A stretch of DNA of 64,000 bases from a virus. Lineage: Duplodnaviria; Caudoviricetes. The stretch covers positions 38,883-102,882 of IMG/VR virus record IMGVR_UViG_3300013947_000026. One strand, given 5' to 3'. The notes beneath the pieces were generated by a model. It saw only the letters and a list, made by a program, of their open reading frames with translations. It did no database searches and was not told the origin of the DNA. A program made the translations under genes and the position numbers. Shown in pieces: positions 14,970 through 25,778 of the stretch; position 1 is the first letter of the stretch, and the number at the start of each line of letters is the position of its first letter.

Positions 14970-15500
14970 TTATCGACAAGTACTTTTAAAAAAAATAAAA
15001 GGGGAGGGACTGCTAAATTGCAATCCTTCCCCTTCTTTTGTTTTACCAGTAAATATATCATCAATTGTATATTGGAAATCTTCTAACGGCATTTCTTTAT
15101 TCACCATTAATATACAAGGCATATGATTGATAACGTTTACAATATTATCATTATATCCCCAAAAAGATGCTATTTTTAAGCAATCTTTCAAGTCTAAATT
15201 ACAATTTCCTGTAATAAGACTTTTATATTTTCCCGTTAGAATAAATCCATAAGCTACGCAATTTACATTATCGATCATTTTGTATCTAGTAGTATGTAAA
15301 TTTTTACATTTCTCGATATGATTGATACGATTAATAGAATTTTGTGTAACTTTATCACATTTAAATAACATATAAATAACTGGCATATCTGTTGGATGGT
15401 CTAAATCTTCTGTAAAACATCCAACAAACTGCTCATCAATATCTGATGGCAGTATATTACTGTCAAGTAGTGGAATTACTACTTTGTCGAAATCTGTCAT
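14970..15500 (-). CDS. Hypothetical protein
   Basis: 176-aa ORF overlapping the upstream gene by 4 nt. Confidence 0.7.
   Translation of the reverse strand: MTDFDKVVIPLLDSNILPSDIDEQFVGCFTEDLDHPTDMPVIYMLFKCDKVTQNSINRINHIEKCKNLHTTRYKMIDNVNCVAYGFILTGKYKSLITGNCNLDLKDCLKIASFWGYNDNIVNVINHMPCILMVNKEMPLEDFQYTIDDIFTGKTKEGEGLQFSSPSPFIFFKSTCR
14988..15045. terminator. Probable bidirectional intrinsic terminator at the convergence of the + and - strand blocks
   Basis: A-run, aaggggaggga...tccttcccctt stem, then a T-rich tail. Confidence 0.6.
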
Positions 15501-16522
15501 AGGTTTAAGTCTTCGCTACCATCTCCGTCATAGTATTCTCTACTATGATCCCACTTATTATTAGCCATATGCCAATATATATTATTACATGCTAAATGTA
15601 TATCAAAAGAACTTTTAGCAAGTTGGCTATATTCTAGCTTGAATACTCTTATTTCATTACTACCTGTTGTGTCAATAGCTATTATGTAACATGTAAATTT
15701 CCATTCAATTGGATTTTCGTTTAGAATATTTTTAAGATACCATTCTACTGCGTATTCATAGAAATGTAGTTGCCGGCAGTAATCAAATTCATTCATACTG
15801 TCTTCAAAATGCCATAATTTGCCAGTAGTTTTTATATCCATAATTATGCATTCTTTATTACCCCAATCAAATGTGCAGCTATCCAATAACGATTTACACG
15901 GAATATATTTATTATCATCTACATACATCTCCCAATTTATTTGGAATTCATGATATGTATGTTTGCCGACATATTCTCCTGCTGAAATAAGAAGTTTATT
16001 AGCTAATTTATGATTTTTAATATTATCCAAAATAGCGTTAAGCTGATCTAAATCATGCCAGGATATAAGTATTTTGTTAGTTTTTAAAGCTTCAATATAA
16101 TCTTTGTATTCTGTGCTTATTTTAAGCGCTTCTGAGAGGATTTTATCTTCACTTTTACCAACTATACTATAAGACTTACGATAAGCTTCTGAGAGCTGTT
16201 TATTTAGCTCTATTTCGACGGTATTTATTAAGTTTTCGCAGAATTTTTGCGCTTGTATGCTTTTGGGTTTTTCTCCGTTAAATACTACGTAATCGTCCCA
16301 GAATTTGTCTGGTTGAAGAAGAAACTCGTGTATCATAGTTCCTTTACGTAGTTGAGGAAGATCTAATCCTTTTTCTTTACCATCTAGCATCCTACGAAAA
16401 TAGGCTGGACCCTTATTTAGAAACCAGCCTATAGCACTATTACTTATACGTGTATTATCTTCGTAGTATGGAATTTCATATTTAGGTATTTTATATTCCG
16501 GACAATCCATTAGCAGCCACAA
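15497..16522 (-). CDS. PD-(D/E)xK exonuclease (RecE/ExoVIII-like)
   Basis: ISNSAI, GTMIHEFLLQP, CKSLLD, IMDIKTT, YCRQLHFY motifs. Confidence 0.8.
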   Translation of the reverse strand: MWLLMDCPEYKIPKYEIPYYEDNTRISNSAIGWFLNKGPAYFRRMLDGKEKGLDLPQLRKGTMIHEFLLQPDKFWDDYVVFNGEKPKSIQAQKFCENLINTVEIELNKQLSEAYRKSYSIVGKSEDKILSEALKISTEYKDYIEALKTNKILISWHDLDQLNAILDNIKNHKLANKLLISAGEYVGKHTYHEFQINWEMYVDDNKYIPCKSLLDSCTFDWGNKECIIMDIKTTGKLWHFEDSMNEFDYCRQLHFYEYAVEWYLKNILNENPIEWKFTCYIIAIDTTGSNEIRVFKLEYSQLAKSSFDIHLACNNIYWHMANNKWDHSREYYDGDGSEDLNL

Positions 16523-17409
16523 TCATAACATTGATTAATACTCTTTAGCTTTAAGTTCTTTTGTTTATTATTTGGACGTATATGAGGTTTAATTACACCT
16601 TCTTTTGGAGAGAGATTCATATCCTCAAACAACTCTTCAAATGTAACATTTGGATAATCATTAGCTTCTTTTACAAAAGAAATAATATTATCAAAACTGC
16701 ATACCTGAAAATTATCCTTTATAAAATCTGTCAAGAACTTTGCTTCATTTTTATTATCTAAACGATCTTCTAACACCTCCATAATCAATGATGGAGACAT
16801 TTCTTCAAACTCACGCCAATAACGGATACGAGAGCAACGGTCAATCAGATATTCAGATATTTCGTCTGTATCATTACAGGTAAACAAAATCATATGTTTT
16901 CCTTTTGTATCTGTACCATCAAGTATCTGTAATAGCGCAGAATCATCATAATCATCAAGGAGTTTATCAAGTTCATCAAATAAAAAGCATACACTTGTAT
17001 CACCAAGTTTTTCTACAAGATTCTTAAGAATCCAAGGACGAATATTCTTGTCAATGTTAATAATTGGAAGACCGCTCTTATTGGCTATAACTTTCATCAT
17101 AACTGTCTTGCCAGAACCTTTTAATCCTGCAAGCATTACACCAGTAAAGCCACTATCAGCTAAATTATAGCTATTAATAACCTTGTTTACGAATCTATTG
17201 TCACGATCTGTACAATATACCTTAGAAGGTAAAGAAAGAGCTTCTGTTTCCTCAAGTGTAATTTGATCTGTATAACGATCTACTTTAATATTGTAAACCA
17301 CTCCTGGGGTTAAATTACACTCAAGACCTTCTGTATTAAACTTAAAACTTACACTCTTACCTACTTTCAAAAATTTCTTTTCCATATTTACTGATATTAA
17401 AATACTCAA
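16510..17409 (-). CDS. AAA+ ATPase
   Basis: Walker A GLKGSGKT, Walker B FLFDELDK, sensor FTCN, arginine finger DRCSRI. Confidence 0.85.
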   Translation of the reverse strand: MSILISVNMEKKFLKVGKSVSFKFNTEGLECNLTPGVVYNIKVDRYTDQITLEETEALSLPSKVYCTDRDNRFVNKVINSYNLADSGFTGVMLAGLKGSGKTVMMKVIANKSGLPIINIDKNIRPWILKNLVEKLGDTSVCFLFDELDKLLDDYDDSALLQILDGTDTKGKHMILFTCNDTDEISEYLIDRCSRIRYWREFEEMSPSLIMEVLEDRLDNKNEAKFLTDFIKDNFQVCSFDNIISFVKEANDYPNVTFEELFEDMNLSPKEGVIKPHIRPNNKQKNLKLKSINQCYDCGC

Positions 17410-17804
17410 ATATTGGCTTTAATCTCTTCAATCATCTCATCTACTTGTTTGTGGTTTCTAACAAGATAACACTTCATTTTACTTCTGTGTCGTTTGAGAT
17501 AATATTTAAAGAGTTTCCACCGAAGTGGAAAGGAGTCTCCAATAAGACCTTTGCATTCTACTACGAACGATTGACTTTTGTATTTGCCAATAAAATCAGG
17601 TAGATATGTAATTGGTCTTATTTTTTCTCCAAATAGCTCGAATTTGTTTAATAAAGTAAAATGCTTTGGCTCATATTTAACAGGTATTCCTGCTTTCATA
17701 AAAGCTTCATAAGTATAGCATTCGAGCTTGCTCCTAAAATGGATACCATACTTATCGACTGCTGTCGCATTCCTTACCTTACTTTTACCACTCTTGCCTA
17801 TCAT
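17406..17804 (-). CDS. Small PD-(D/E)xK endonuclease (T7 endo I / DUF1064-like)
   Basis: FRSKLE, TYLPDF, VVECKG. Confidence 0.75.
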   Translation of the reverse strand: MIGKSGKSKVRNATAVDKYGIHFRSKLECYTYEAFMKAGIPVKYEPKHFTLLNKFELFGEKIRPITYLPDFIGKYKSQSFVVECKGLIGDSFPLRWKLFKYYLKRHRSKMKCYLVRNHKQVDEMIEEIKANI

Positions 17805-18099
17805 AAGAAAACTTCTTACCCCTTATCTTAGAGACAATATTTCCTTCAAAATAGACAATATCACCATCTGTTACTTTAGTAGAATCACCATGATGAACAC
17901 ATGCGCATATATTACCTTCATCACTATAACTATCCCAGATAGTCATATGCATTTTGTTTGGCAAATAAATACGCAAGAATCCACCCTTCTGTAAGGAGAT
18001 TCGTTTAGTCAGCTTCTTTGCCAACCACTTGTGCAATAGAGGAGACATTACTGCACCTCCCAGCACACCAAGCAGGCATCCTATTACTACATCAATCAT
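17785..18099 (-). CDS. Hypothetical protein with N-terminal hydrophobic segment
   Basis: 104-aa ORF overlapping both neighbours. Confidence 0.6.
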   Translation of the reverse strand: MIDVVIGCLLGVLGGAVMSPLLHKWLAKKLTKRISLQKGGFLRIYLPNKMHMTIWDSYSDEGNICACVHHGDSTKVTDGDIVYFEGNIVSKIRGKKFSYDRQEW

Positions 18100-19063
18100 A
18101 TTTCTGTAACGTTTTTGTTAACCAGTCTTTCATGGTGCTAAATCCGTTGTCACGAACAGCATCTGATAGATCTTTGGCTTTGAATTTCTTGTTAATGAAA
18201 AATGCATCTAATTTGTACTGTTTGCTATACATCCTTGACTTATGAACACCCGTAATATCTCTATCGTATAATATAACAATATGTTTCCATTTTGAACGTA
18301 AAGATTTAAGTATATCATCAGGAATGAATACTGTTTCGCTGGCTGCAGCTATAGCATTAAAACCCATTTCGTAACATACCATAACATCTTTCAATGATTT
18401 GGTTATTATGAGTAAATTGCCACCCTCTTTAGGTAATTCGGCTAATCCCTGTACATGCCTATTTGTCAGATTGGTACGCCATTTAGTATACTTAGAGGCA
18501 AGCGGCCGATAAATTTTAAATTTATCATACACTTTATATGCATACATAGGACTAGTTTCTTTATAGATACTTCGGACGATACTATTACAAAGAAAGTACT
18601 TAATGCTAAATACATTGAATTTCTTCAATGTATCTATATGAATACCGAACTGTTTCCAGTATTGTTTATCTACATCTGTAAACGGTTGTCGAACTATCCC
18701 GATATCAGTTTCTCCTTTCGGTTTATCATACGTATTTGTCCTAACAGTTAAATTAGGATTTATTCTGCGTACAATTCTCAATAATTCTCGTTCTAATTCT
18801 TCTCTTGTCGTTATTCCTTTATATTCTTTTAGGAACTTTATTGCGTTTCCATAATCACCAGTTCCAAGATCTTTCCATAACAATCCGCCTGTTTTAGATT
18901 GGAATATTCCAAATGATGGATTCTTATCTCCAGATCTTAATGGGCTATTTATAAGTTTTCCAACTTTGAATTGCCCTAAACAATACGTATAGATGTCTAA
19001 ATCAGTCAACTTGTCCAATATGTCTCTTAACGAAACTGTTATTGCTGTCTTAGTACTATACAT
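18092..19063 (-). CDS. DNA primase (crAss-type)
   Basis: SPLRSGDKNPSF, WKDLGTG, Toprim-like ITKSLKD and ILYDRD, KDLSD. Confidence 0.85.
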   Translation of the reverse strand: MYSTKTAITVSLRDILDKLTDLDIYTYCLGQFKVGKLINSPLRSGDKNPSFGIFQSKTGGLLWKDLGTGDYGNAIKFLKEYKGITTREELERELLRIVRRINPNLTVRTNTYDKPKGETDIGIVRQPFTDVDKQYWKQFGIHIDTLKKFNVFSIKYFLCNSIVRSIYKETSPMYAYKVYDKFKIYRPLASKYTKWRTNLTNRHVQGLAELPKEGGNLLIITKSLKDVMVCYEMGFNAIAAASETVFIPDDILKSLRSKWKHIVILYDRDITGVHKSRMYSKQYKLDAFFINKKFKAKDLSDAVRDNGFSTMKDWLTKTLQKYD

Positions 19064-19668
19064 AACTTATAAGTTAGAGTGAGAGGAAGGAGTCGGACCT
19101 TCGTATACATATAATGTATAAAACTGCCAAGTGTTACTTTCAGACTTCTCTCACATATAAAAGAGCAGTTTAATGACATGCTCAGGTCAAACGGGCAGAC
19201 AGTTTACGGGCTTGTCTAGGCCGGGGACTTCATTTATACATCCCAGATCCAACTTAAGTATGGTTCACCATGAAATCTGATTGCTCTAAGTGAATAGAGC
19301 GTGTTACTAAGTGAGACCTATCCTCACGGACCGGAGTTTTCTACATATAAATGATAAACAAAAACAGTGGCTATGCTAGGAATCGAACCTAGCAGAATGG
19401 GAAAAATGTACGAAAATAACAAAAGATAAAAACCATTCTTGTCTTATGCCTCACGACACCCTGACTAGCCTTGTTGGAGGCATTTCACCTCCAAAGGGTA
19501 ACTGAATTACCTAGCTCCACCAACGTCAGTTTATGGCGGTATTACCCTCCCTGACGTAACCACTTGTCATACAGTTTGACACTCCTGCTATGTAAATGAT
19601 ATAAAAACCATTTACCGGATTTCATACAATCAAGTAGTATTTCTTTCTCTTTAGATGTATATTCTCCC

Positions 19669-20271
19669 TTAAAACGGAAGCTCTGATACACCTGAATTAT
19701 TCCCAGTTTCCGGAGTAATGGTTGGTGGTACCTTAAGCGGGTCGTTGTGCTCTACATCAGCTACAACTGGACGCTCCATAAGATCTTTCTTAAAGAGTTT
19801 AATCTGGGAATCTTTATTAGACATATCTTCAACGAAGATACCATAAGAACTTACACGAGTGTAACCTTTCTTATCGTAATTAACTTTCAAACGAAGTTTC
19901 TTCTTAGTAGCGATCATAGGATCAAGCATCTGCTTAACCCAATTAATCATTTCTTTAAATGTTTGCAGTTCTGCTTCTGGACGTTGTGGATAATAACAAT
20001 CAATAATCTGGCATATACGTCCAAACTGATTATTATCTGCTCGTTGTAAATCTTCATCAGTTTTAATATATTGACCTTTATTATTCTTCCACTCTGTCAT
20101 AGTAGCAGTTTGACCTTGCTCGTTCTCAAATGTAATTTCAAGCTTATCAAAACCTTGTGGTGATACACTGCATATCACTTCCTTGAGAGTTACATTTTCG
20201 TTAATACCTACTGGCATATAATTGCCAGAAAATTCTTCGTTATTTGTTACGGCTGTCTTTGTACTAAACAT
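19669..20271 (-). CDS. Putative ssDNA-binding protein
   Basis: C-terminal ELPF tail; adjacent to a Sak4-like ATPase. Confidence 0.5.
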   Translation of the reverse strand: MFSTKTAVTNNEEFSGNYMPVGINENVTLKEVICSVSPQGFDKLEITFENEQGQTATMTEWKNNKGQYIKTDEDLQRADNNQFGRICQIIDCYYPQRPEAELQTFKEMINWVKQMLDPMIATKKKLRLKVNYDKKGYTRVSSYGIFVEDMSNKDSQIKLFKKDLMERPVVADVEHNDPLKVPPTITPETGNNSGVSELPF

Positions 20272-20360
20272 AATTTCTTTATTTTAATATACGTAATGCT
20301 AATATATCCATTTTATTCTCGGCATAATATGCTGTGGATCGAATGAATCTATATAACAGT

Positions 20361-21101
20361 TTACTTAAATATTTTATCCCAATGTGTTGTAATCGTTCCA
20401 TCTTCGTTGCCTTCTGCAATAATTATATCTTTTCCTGCTATATGTCTAGCACGAGCTTCCATAATTGTGTCAGACGTTCCACCTTTAAAAGATATATGTG
20501 TTTCATTACCTTTACGATATACATATCCTACCGCATCGGCTAAACCACATACAATTTTACTTAGTTTTCCAACTAAATCTAGTTCTTTTGCAGATATTTC
20601 AACACCATCCTTTTCAGTTATGGTATCTTTAACGTGACCAACAAGAATAAATTCGTCACACAAATCTCGGAACATATCAATTACCTTCTTTACTGCATCT
20701 CTTAGATATTTGTACCCCGCTCCATTTGGCAGCGTTGTAACATCTGTACCCTCCCATTTCTTGCCCATTGGAGTTTGACGATAGAGTGTACAAGCATAGC
20801 TCATACAGATATCTTCGAGTCGTGTAGCATTATCAATAGTGATATGTCTATAGAAATTATGACCTACTTCTTTATTCTTGGCACGAATGGCACTTGCAGC
20901 TTCTCCTAAATCGTTGATTGTACGACACTGGATGGCCATAGCATCAACGAAGACAGAGCCTCCTTCAAGGTCTATGATAAGATTATTATCCAGCTGGGCA
21001 AGACAAGATGTTTTTCCAGCTTTTGGAAGACCATACAAAATTAGATATCTAGGATTTTCAGAAACTGCAGGAATTTTACTTGTAGGTAATGTTAAACTCA
21101 T
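20361..21101 (-). CDS. Sak4/AAA_24-like NTPase (recombination)
   Basis: LYGLPKAGKT, IIDLEGG, ITIDNAT, GAGY, ILVGH. Confidence 0.8.
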   Translation of the reverse strand: MSLTLPTSKIPAVSENPRYLILYGLPKAGKTSCLAQLDNNLIIDLEGGSVFVDAMAIQCRTINDLGEAASAIRAKNKEVGHNFYRHITIDNATRLEDICMSYACTLYRQTPMGKKWEGTDVTTLPNGAGYKYLRDAVKKVIDMFRDLCDEFILVGHVKDTITEKDGVEISAKELDLVGKLSKIVCGLADAVGYVYRKGNETHISFKGGTSDTIMEARARHIAGKDIIIAEGNEDGTITTHWDKIFK

Positions 21102-21129
21102 GATACTATGATACTTAAGTTATTTTAAA

Positions 21130-21579
21130 TTAAAGCTTAATGTTAATATCAATGATAATTTTCTTCTTCTCAGGTGTTAAACTTGAAATAAAGTCAAAAT
21201 TACCGAAATCTGTATAGCTGTATATATCTGTTCCAATTTGAATCTCATCATCATAAAATATAATTGGAGTACCATTAGAAAAACGATATATCTTTCCTAA
21301 TATGATATTCTCAGCCTTTTTCTTGTTGTAATCAGCAAGAATTTTGCAAGCCTTAGTGAATACATCACTATCCTTCAGAGACTTACAAATATAAGTGTGA
21401 TCAATACTGTCAAACATTGCATCAATCAAATCTGCATCTTTATCCTTCTTCAACTTAAACAAATAATCATTGTTTTTCTTTACAGTATCAAGAATAATAT
21501 CATCAAGCATCTTTGAATAAATGTTACCATTATTAATGTTCTTAGTAGTATTGTTAAACTTAATATCAAATGTTGTCAT
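21130..21579 (-). CDS. Hypothetical protein
   Basis: 149-aa ORF within the operon. Confidence 0.65.
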   Translation of the reverse strand: MTTFDIKFNNTTKNINNGNIYSKMLDDIILDTVKKNNDYLFKLKKDKDADLIDAMFDSIDHTYICKSLKDSDVFTKACKILADYNKKKAENIILGKIYRFSNGTPIIFYDDEIQIGTDIYSYTDFGNFDFISSLTPEKKKIIIDINIKL

Positions 21580-21600
21580 AATTCAGCCTATTTTAATACT

Positions 21601-22527
21601 TTAGCATTCAATCAAGTTGTTATACGCTAAATCATTCTGAAATTCAAGTATACAGGGCTTTCCTGCATCTCTATTCTTAAGCATATGTAAATATACTTTA
21701 TTCTGAGTCGGCAAATGACTGGGACCATATTCTTGTATACCAAGAATTTCTGGTCTATGAATAACTATTACGTAATCGCTTGCTTGAAATAATGCATCAG
21801 CAGATGAAATGTCGCTCCTCATCGGATAATGCGACAATGGATTATTAATTCTTTCTGGAGATTCAATATTTCTATTCATCTGTGCTAATTGTAGAATAGA
21901 TGTCATAGGATACTTTTTCGCACTAATAAAAACCCTTTCAAGTTCTTGCATTGTTTCTATTACAGAACCAATTGGCTTTGTTAATAAAGCATGATCATAC
22001 ATGATTACAAAATGCTTATTAGTATCTTTTACATACGAATTATAGAAATATCTAATAATATCTTCTGCTTCCTTGGGAGTTGTAGGATTATCTACAAACC
22101 ATATAGGATACTCCTTTAGTTGATTAGATACTTGAATGACTTTTCTGAAGGTGTCATCATCAAGGTCCTTTTCAGAACTATACAAAGTCGAAGTTGTTTT
22201 CCTAAGCTTACTAGAAAGCGTTCTTCCAACTTGCCTAAATCCAACCATCTCTAATGAGAAAACCAGAATTACTATTTCTTCTCCTTGATTCAAATCAATA
22301 ATATCAGTACTAATCTCGTTTGCAAAACTCGATTTTCCGCTACCCGAAATACCAGCTATGGTATAAACGGTATTTGGTTCAATACCTCCCATACACTGCT
22401 TATTAAACTTTTTCCATCTAGTCTTTAAAGATACTATAGAGTGATCTCTGCGACCAGATATATATGTAATAGCTTCTTGAGCTACTACAGACATTGGTCG
22501 TATAAGATTAGATAAGTTCTGTTCCAT
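21601..22527 (-). CDS. dnaB: DnaB-like replicative helicase
   Basis: AGISGSGKS, FSLEM, YDH, LAQMNR, KNRDAG. Confidence 0.88.
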   Translation of the reverse strand: MEQNLSNLIRPMSVVAQEAITYISGRRDHSIVSLKTRWKKFNKQCMGGIEPNTVYTIAGISGSGKSSFANEISTDIIDLNQGEEIVILVFSLEMVGFRQVGRTLSSKLRKTTSTLYSSEKDLDDDTFRKVIQVSNQLKEYPIWFVDNPTTPKEAEDIIRYFYNSYVKDTNKHFVIMYDHALLTKPIGSVIETMQELERVFISAKKYPMTSILQLAQMNRNIESPERINNPLSHYPMRSDISSADALFQASDYVIVIHRPEILGIQEYGPSHLPTQNKVYLHMLKNRDAGKPCILEFQNDLAYNNLIEC

Positions 22528-23074
22528 AAGTTAATTCCTCCTGTTTAGAGTTATCTTGCATTTCTTCCTCAGATTCTTCCCATTGATGGTCTACGAGCCA
22601 TCTCCACATCGTTTTCATATAACTCAGTTTACCTTCGTTAGTCTTTTTCTTCATTTCAAAGTCAAGGCATTGAATAAGATGCTGAGCCATTGCTTCACTT
22701 TGTCCAACATAAACGTTAAACAAATGTCTACATTTATTTACATTAGCTCTTAAATAATTTTTAGAACCATCTGGTCGTAGAACGTATACTGGGTACATCT
22801 CATAAAACAGATCAAAATAATCCTTTTCTGGGCGGATTATATTATTAAGCTTTTCTGTCGAATGATACGTAATTGACTTACCTTTCTCTATCGAGGTAAT
22901 AAGTCCCTGAGAAATTAAACTTGATACTTCTTCGTCGCTAATTAGGCTGACAATTTTGCGGACGTCTTGATTATAAGTTTTTTGATTCTTATCCAGTACC
23001 AAGCTTAGGAATATTAATTGATTTGAATTTATTCCTGGAATATCCAGGAGTTTTGTGTTTAGTTCAATAATCAT
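22508..23074 (-). CDS. Hypothetical replication-associated protein
   Basis: Lies between PolB and DnaB; FDLFYEMYP motif resembles phage replication initiators. Confidence 0.5.
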   Translation of the reverse strand: MIIELNTKLLDIPGINSNQLIFLSLVLDKNQKTYNQDVRKIVSLISDEEVSSLISQGLITSIEKGKSITYHSTEKLNNIIRPEKDYFDLFYEMYPVYVLRPDGSKNYLRANVNKCRHLFNVYVGQSEAMAQHLIQCLDFEMKKKTNEGKLSYMKTMWRWLVDHQWEESEEEMQDNSKQEELTYGTELI

Positions 23075-23095
23075 CTTATATACGTAGATAAACGA

Positions 23096-25006
23096 TTAAT
23101 CATCGAATAATTTTAATTGACGATTTACAAATTCGCTAACAATTTTACTAGCTTTACTAATATAATATTGGTAGTTTATTTGCTTGTCATCAGTATTGGT
23201 ATTATCTATTTTGTTTGCAATACAAACTCCGTAATCTGTTATTCTTACTTCTTTACGTGGTTCATATATATCCTCTTTAACACGCATTAGATAATAACCG
23301 CTATTTGATGCGTAGTATCTGTTAATCCTTTGAATAGGTTTACCTCCATATTCAACTTTAAATTCCCTGTTTACGCTTTGAGACATTAGGAAATTACGGA
23401 TATCTTTATCCTCCTTAACAAATTTGTCTATCGGTTCTTTTGTTAAAAAATAGTTTATCACAGCTTTCGGTATAATAACTGGTGTCATACTATTATTAAA
23501 ACCTATTTCTGTGATAAACCTGCCTTTCTTTTCTATCAGTTCCGGATTTCTAGATTGAGAATATCCTTTGTGAATTCCAAAGTAATTATTCACGTCGTAC
23601 TGATAAAACGACTCATAGTCATCGGATTCAAAGGAAAGCTTGGCTAATTGTTCAATTTCTTTTATTGAATTATTTATTAATCCCCTATTAGAAATATCTG
23701 CAATATAAACGACACCATCTGTATTAACTTGCACAATCTCACAATTTAACGACAGAAGCTTATCCACTAGCATTAATAGTATAAGTTGTCCGTTTATACG
23801 TATTTTATATATGTTTAGTGGATCATATGCCCAGCTACCTTCTTGTTGCATCTTTCCTGTAAGAGCATTGAGAGCCTGTTTAAACGCCTTAGACTTCAAT
23901 TTCTCTCCACTATGTTTGGCAGTAACCCTCTCCTTGTATAAAGATTTGTACACATTCCAAAATTCTTCTCCCAAGTGGACTGGCAACCATTTGTATATAA
24001 GCGCTAATGACGGATACATTGAAGTTACATCTGAATGCCCTATAAATTGTCCATCTTTGGGTTTGTAGATCCTAGGTTCATTTATGGTATGTATTCCACC
24101 TTCACCTATAGAATAGCAAATATTCGAGAGAACAAACTTCTTCTCGTAGTTTTCTTGTTTCTTATCAGACTTACATGGATTACATGTAGCGTTTTTTACA
24201 TCCAATAAGACTTCTTTCAACTTTGGATTAGAATATTGTATAAATGGAAGTATTATGTCCTTTAAATTAATTTTTCCGATTTTTCTTGCATTCGCTTTGA
24301 GTTCATCTTTTGATGATTTGTTATATTTCTTATATTCTCTTAGCAATATCTCTTCTCCAAACCGTACTCCGCTCATAGAAAGAGCATCAAACCCCCATTC
24401 AGATTCTACTGTTAATCGTAGGTCTATTTCATTCTTTACCTTTTTAAGTAAAGTTTCAGTAGCTTCTACATCGTTAACATTATATGCTATCATATCATCA
24501 ATTTCGCAATCCGTAAGTCTAGAATTGAAATCACCGTCAAACTCTTGAACGTTTGGCATATTTAATAAGATTTCAATTTCTTTTAGACTTTTTTGTTGCT
24601 TAGAACTATATAGCATAGTCATAAGATCAAACGAATAAAAATTATTTGCATATTTATATTCTTTGATCCTGTCGTTTTTTTCTGTTTTTTCTGCACTTAT
24701 AATTTCTCTACTCAAATAATATATTGAACTACAAATACGAAGATACTCTAACCGCTTCATAATACCACAAAATTGTATCATGTAATTTATTATTATATCA
24801 TCATAATGCTTATTGTTGTATCCACATATGATGTGTTCTACTCTTTTATAGTAAAAGAAGTCAACTAGTTCTTCTAGTTGATTTTTTCGGTTAGATATCT
24901 CGAATTTATATAATTTATGACTCTCTGAATCTTTACAAGTACAATGAAAACAATTTGGAAAAACCTCTATGTCATATAGAACTACTGGTCTATCCTTTAT
25001 TATCAT
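23096..25006 (-). CDS. Family B DNA polymerase (start placed at MIIKDRP)
   Basis: Exonuclease motifs YDIE, GYNNKHYD, YNVNDV; polymerase motifs SDVTSMYPS, KQALNALTGK, VNTDG. Confidence 0.92.
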   Translation of the reverse strand: MIIKDRPVVLYDIEVFPNCFHCTCKDSESHKLYKFEISNRKNQLEELVDFFYYKRVEHIICGYNNKHYDDIIINYMIQFCGIMKRLEYLRICSSIYYLSREIISAEKTEKNDRIKEYKYANNFYSFDLMTMLYSSKQQKSLKEIEILLNMPNVQEFDGDFNSRLTDCEIDDMIAYNVNDVEATETLLKKVKNEIDLRLTVESEWGFDALSMSGVRFGEEILLREYKKYNKSSKDELKANARKIGKINLKDIILPFIQYSNPKLKEVLLDVKNATCNPCKSDKKQENYEKKFVLSNICYSIGEGGIHTINEPRIYKPKDGQFIGHSDVTSMYPSLALIYKWLPVHLGEEFWNVYKSLYKERVTAKHSGEKLKSKAFKQALNALTGKMQQEGSWAYDPLNIYKIRINGQLILLMLVDKLLSLNCEIVQVNTDGVVYIADISNRGLINNSIKEIEQLAKLSFESDDYESFYQYDVNNYFGIHKGYSQSRNPELIEKKGRFITEIGFNNSMTPVIIPKAVINYFLTKEPIDKFVKEDKDIRNFLMSQSVNREFKVEYGGKPIQRINRYYASNSGYYLMRVKEDIYEPRKEVRITDYGVCIANKIDNTNTDDKQINYQYYISKASKIVSEFVNRQLKLFDD

Positions 25007-25101
25007 AGTCCCTAGTGAGGGTTTGCACCTCTCAGTCATATCCTTTCGGAGCACACTAGGGTGACCACTGGTGTCGTGGTCAGTTTTTTACGAACATTTT
25101 A

Positions 25102-25761
25102 CTATGCTGCTATTCTCATATTTTTATCTGAATTTGGCAATAGTATACGTCCGTGTTTCTTTCGATGGTCTTTAAGGTTTGTACAAATAAGATTTTTACG
25201 TTTTGCTTTTACCTTATTCGTTTCTTTACGAGCCATTTTCATTACTTTACTATTTTCTGGAAGATTATTTACTCCTCCATACTTTGTAGTTTCACCATTA
25301 TCTTTTATTTGAGCAATTTCTTGCTCTTTGTATAACTCATTGGAAGATTTAAATCTACCAACAAGTTGTAATTTGTCATATTTAGCGACGATCAAGTCTC
25401 TAATACGTTCTTCCGCTGCATTTTTCTCAGCTTCCCAAATTGGGAATTGCTGTGAATAGAAGAGATCGCCTTTTTTAACTGGACATGGGTGTTTTCGCTC
25501 CCATTTGTCAAGTTTGTGTTGTACGTATCCCTCCATAAGCTCTGTTCTGTTAATTTTCTTACTCTGTATGCGAGATTCAATTGCGATTGAATCACGTTTG
25601 AGCAGTAAAAACCAAGGTCTTTTACGTTTAAAGCCTTTAATATTATGCTCTTTACAAAACTTACTAGTTGTACCATGGTGTTTATTGAAATTTATCAACC
25701 ACGCTTCTTTTATATCTCTATAATCTTCTACGCAATCTTGAATATATTGATTATTATTCAT
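25102..25761 (-). CDS. Hypothetical basic protein (ends MRIAA; TAG-TAA stop)
   Basis: 219-aa ORF. Confidence 0.7.
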   Translation of the reverse strand: MNNNQYIQDCVEDYRDIKEAWLINFNKHHGTTSKFCKEHNIKGFKRKRPWFLLLKRDSIAIESRIQSKKINRTELMEGYVQHKLDKWERKHPCPVKKGDLFYSQQFPIWEAEKNAAEERIRDLIVAKYDKLQLVGRFKSSNELYKEQEIAQIKDNGETTKYGGVNNLPENSKVMKMARKETNKVKAKRKNLICTNLKDHRKKHGRILLPNSDKNMRIAA

Positions 25762-25778
25762 AACGATTCCTCCAATTT

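Noticed and set aside
25007-25054. N-terminal extension of PolB in the ORF track
   Set aside because: It coincides with a structured tRNA-like element; the exonuclease domain starts just after Met at 25006.
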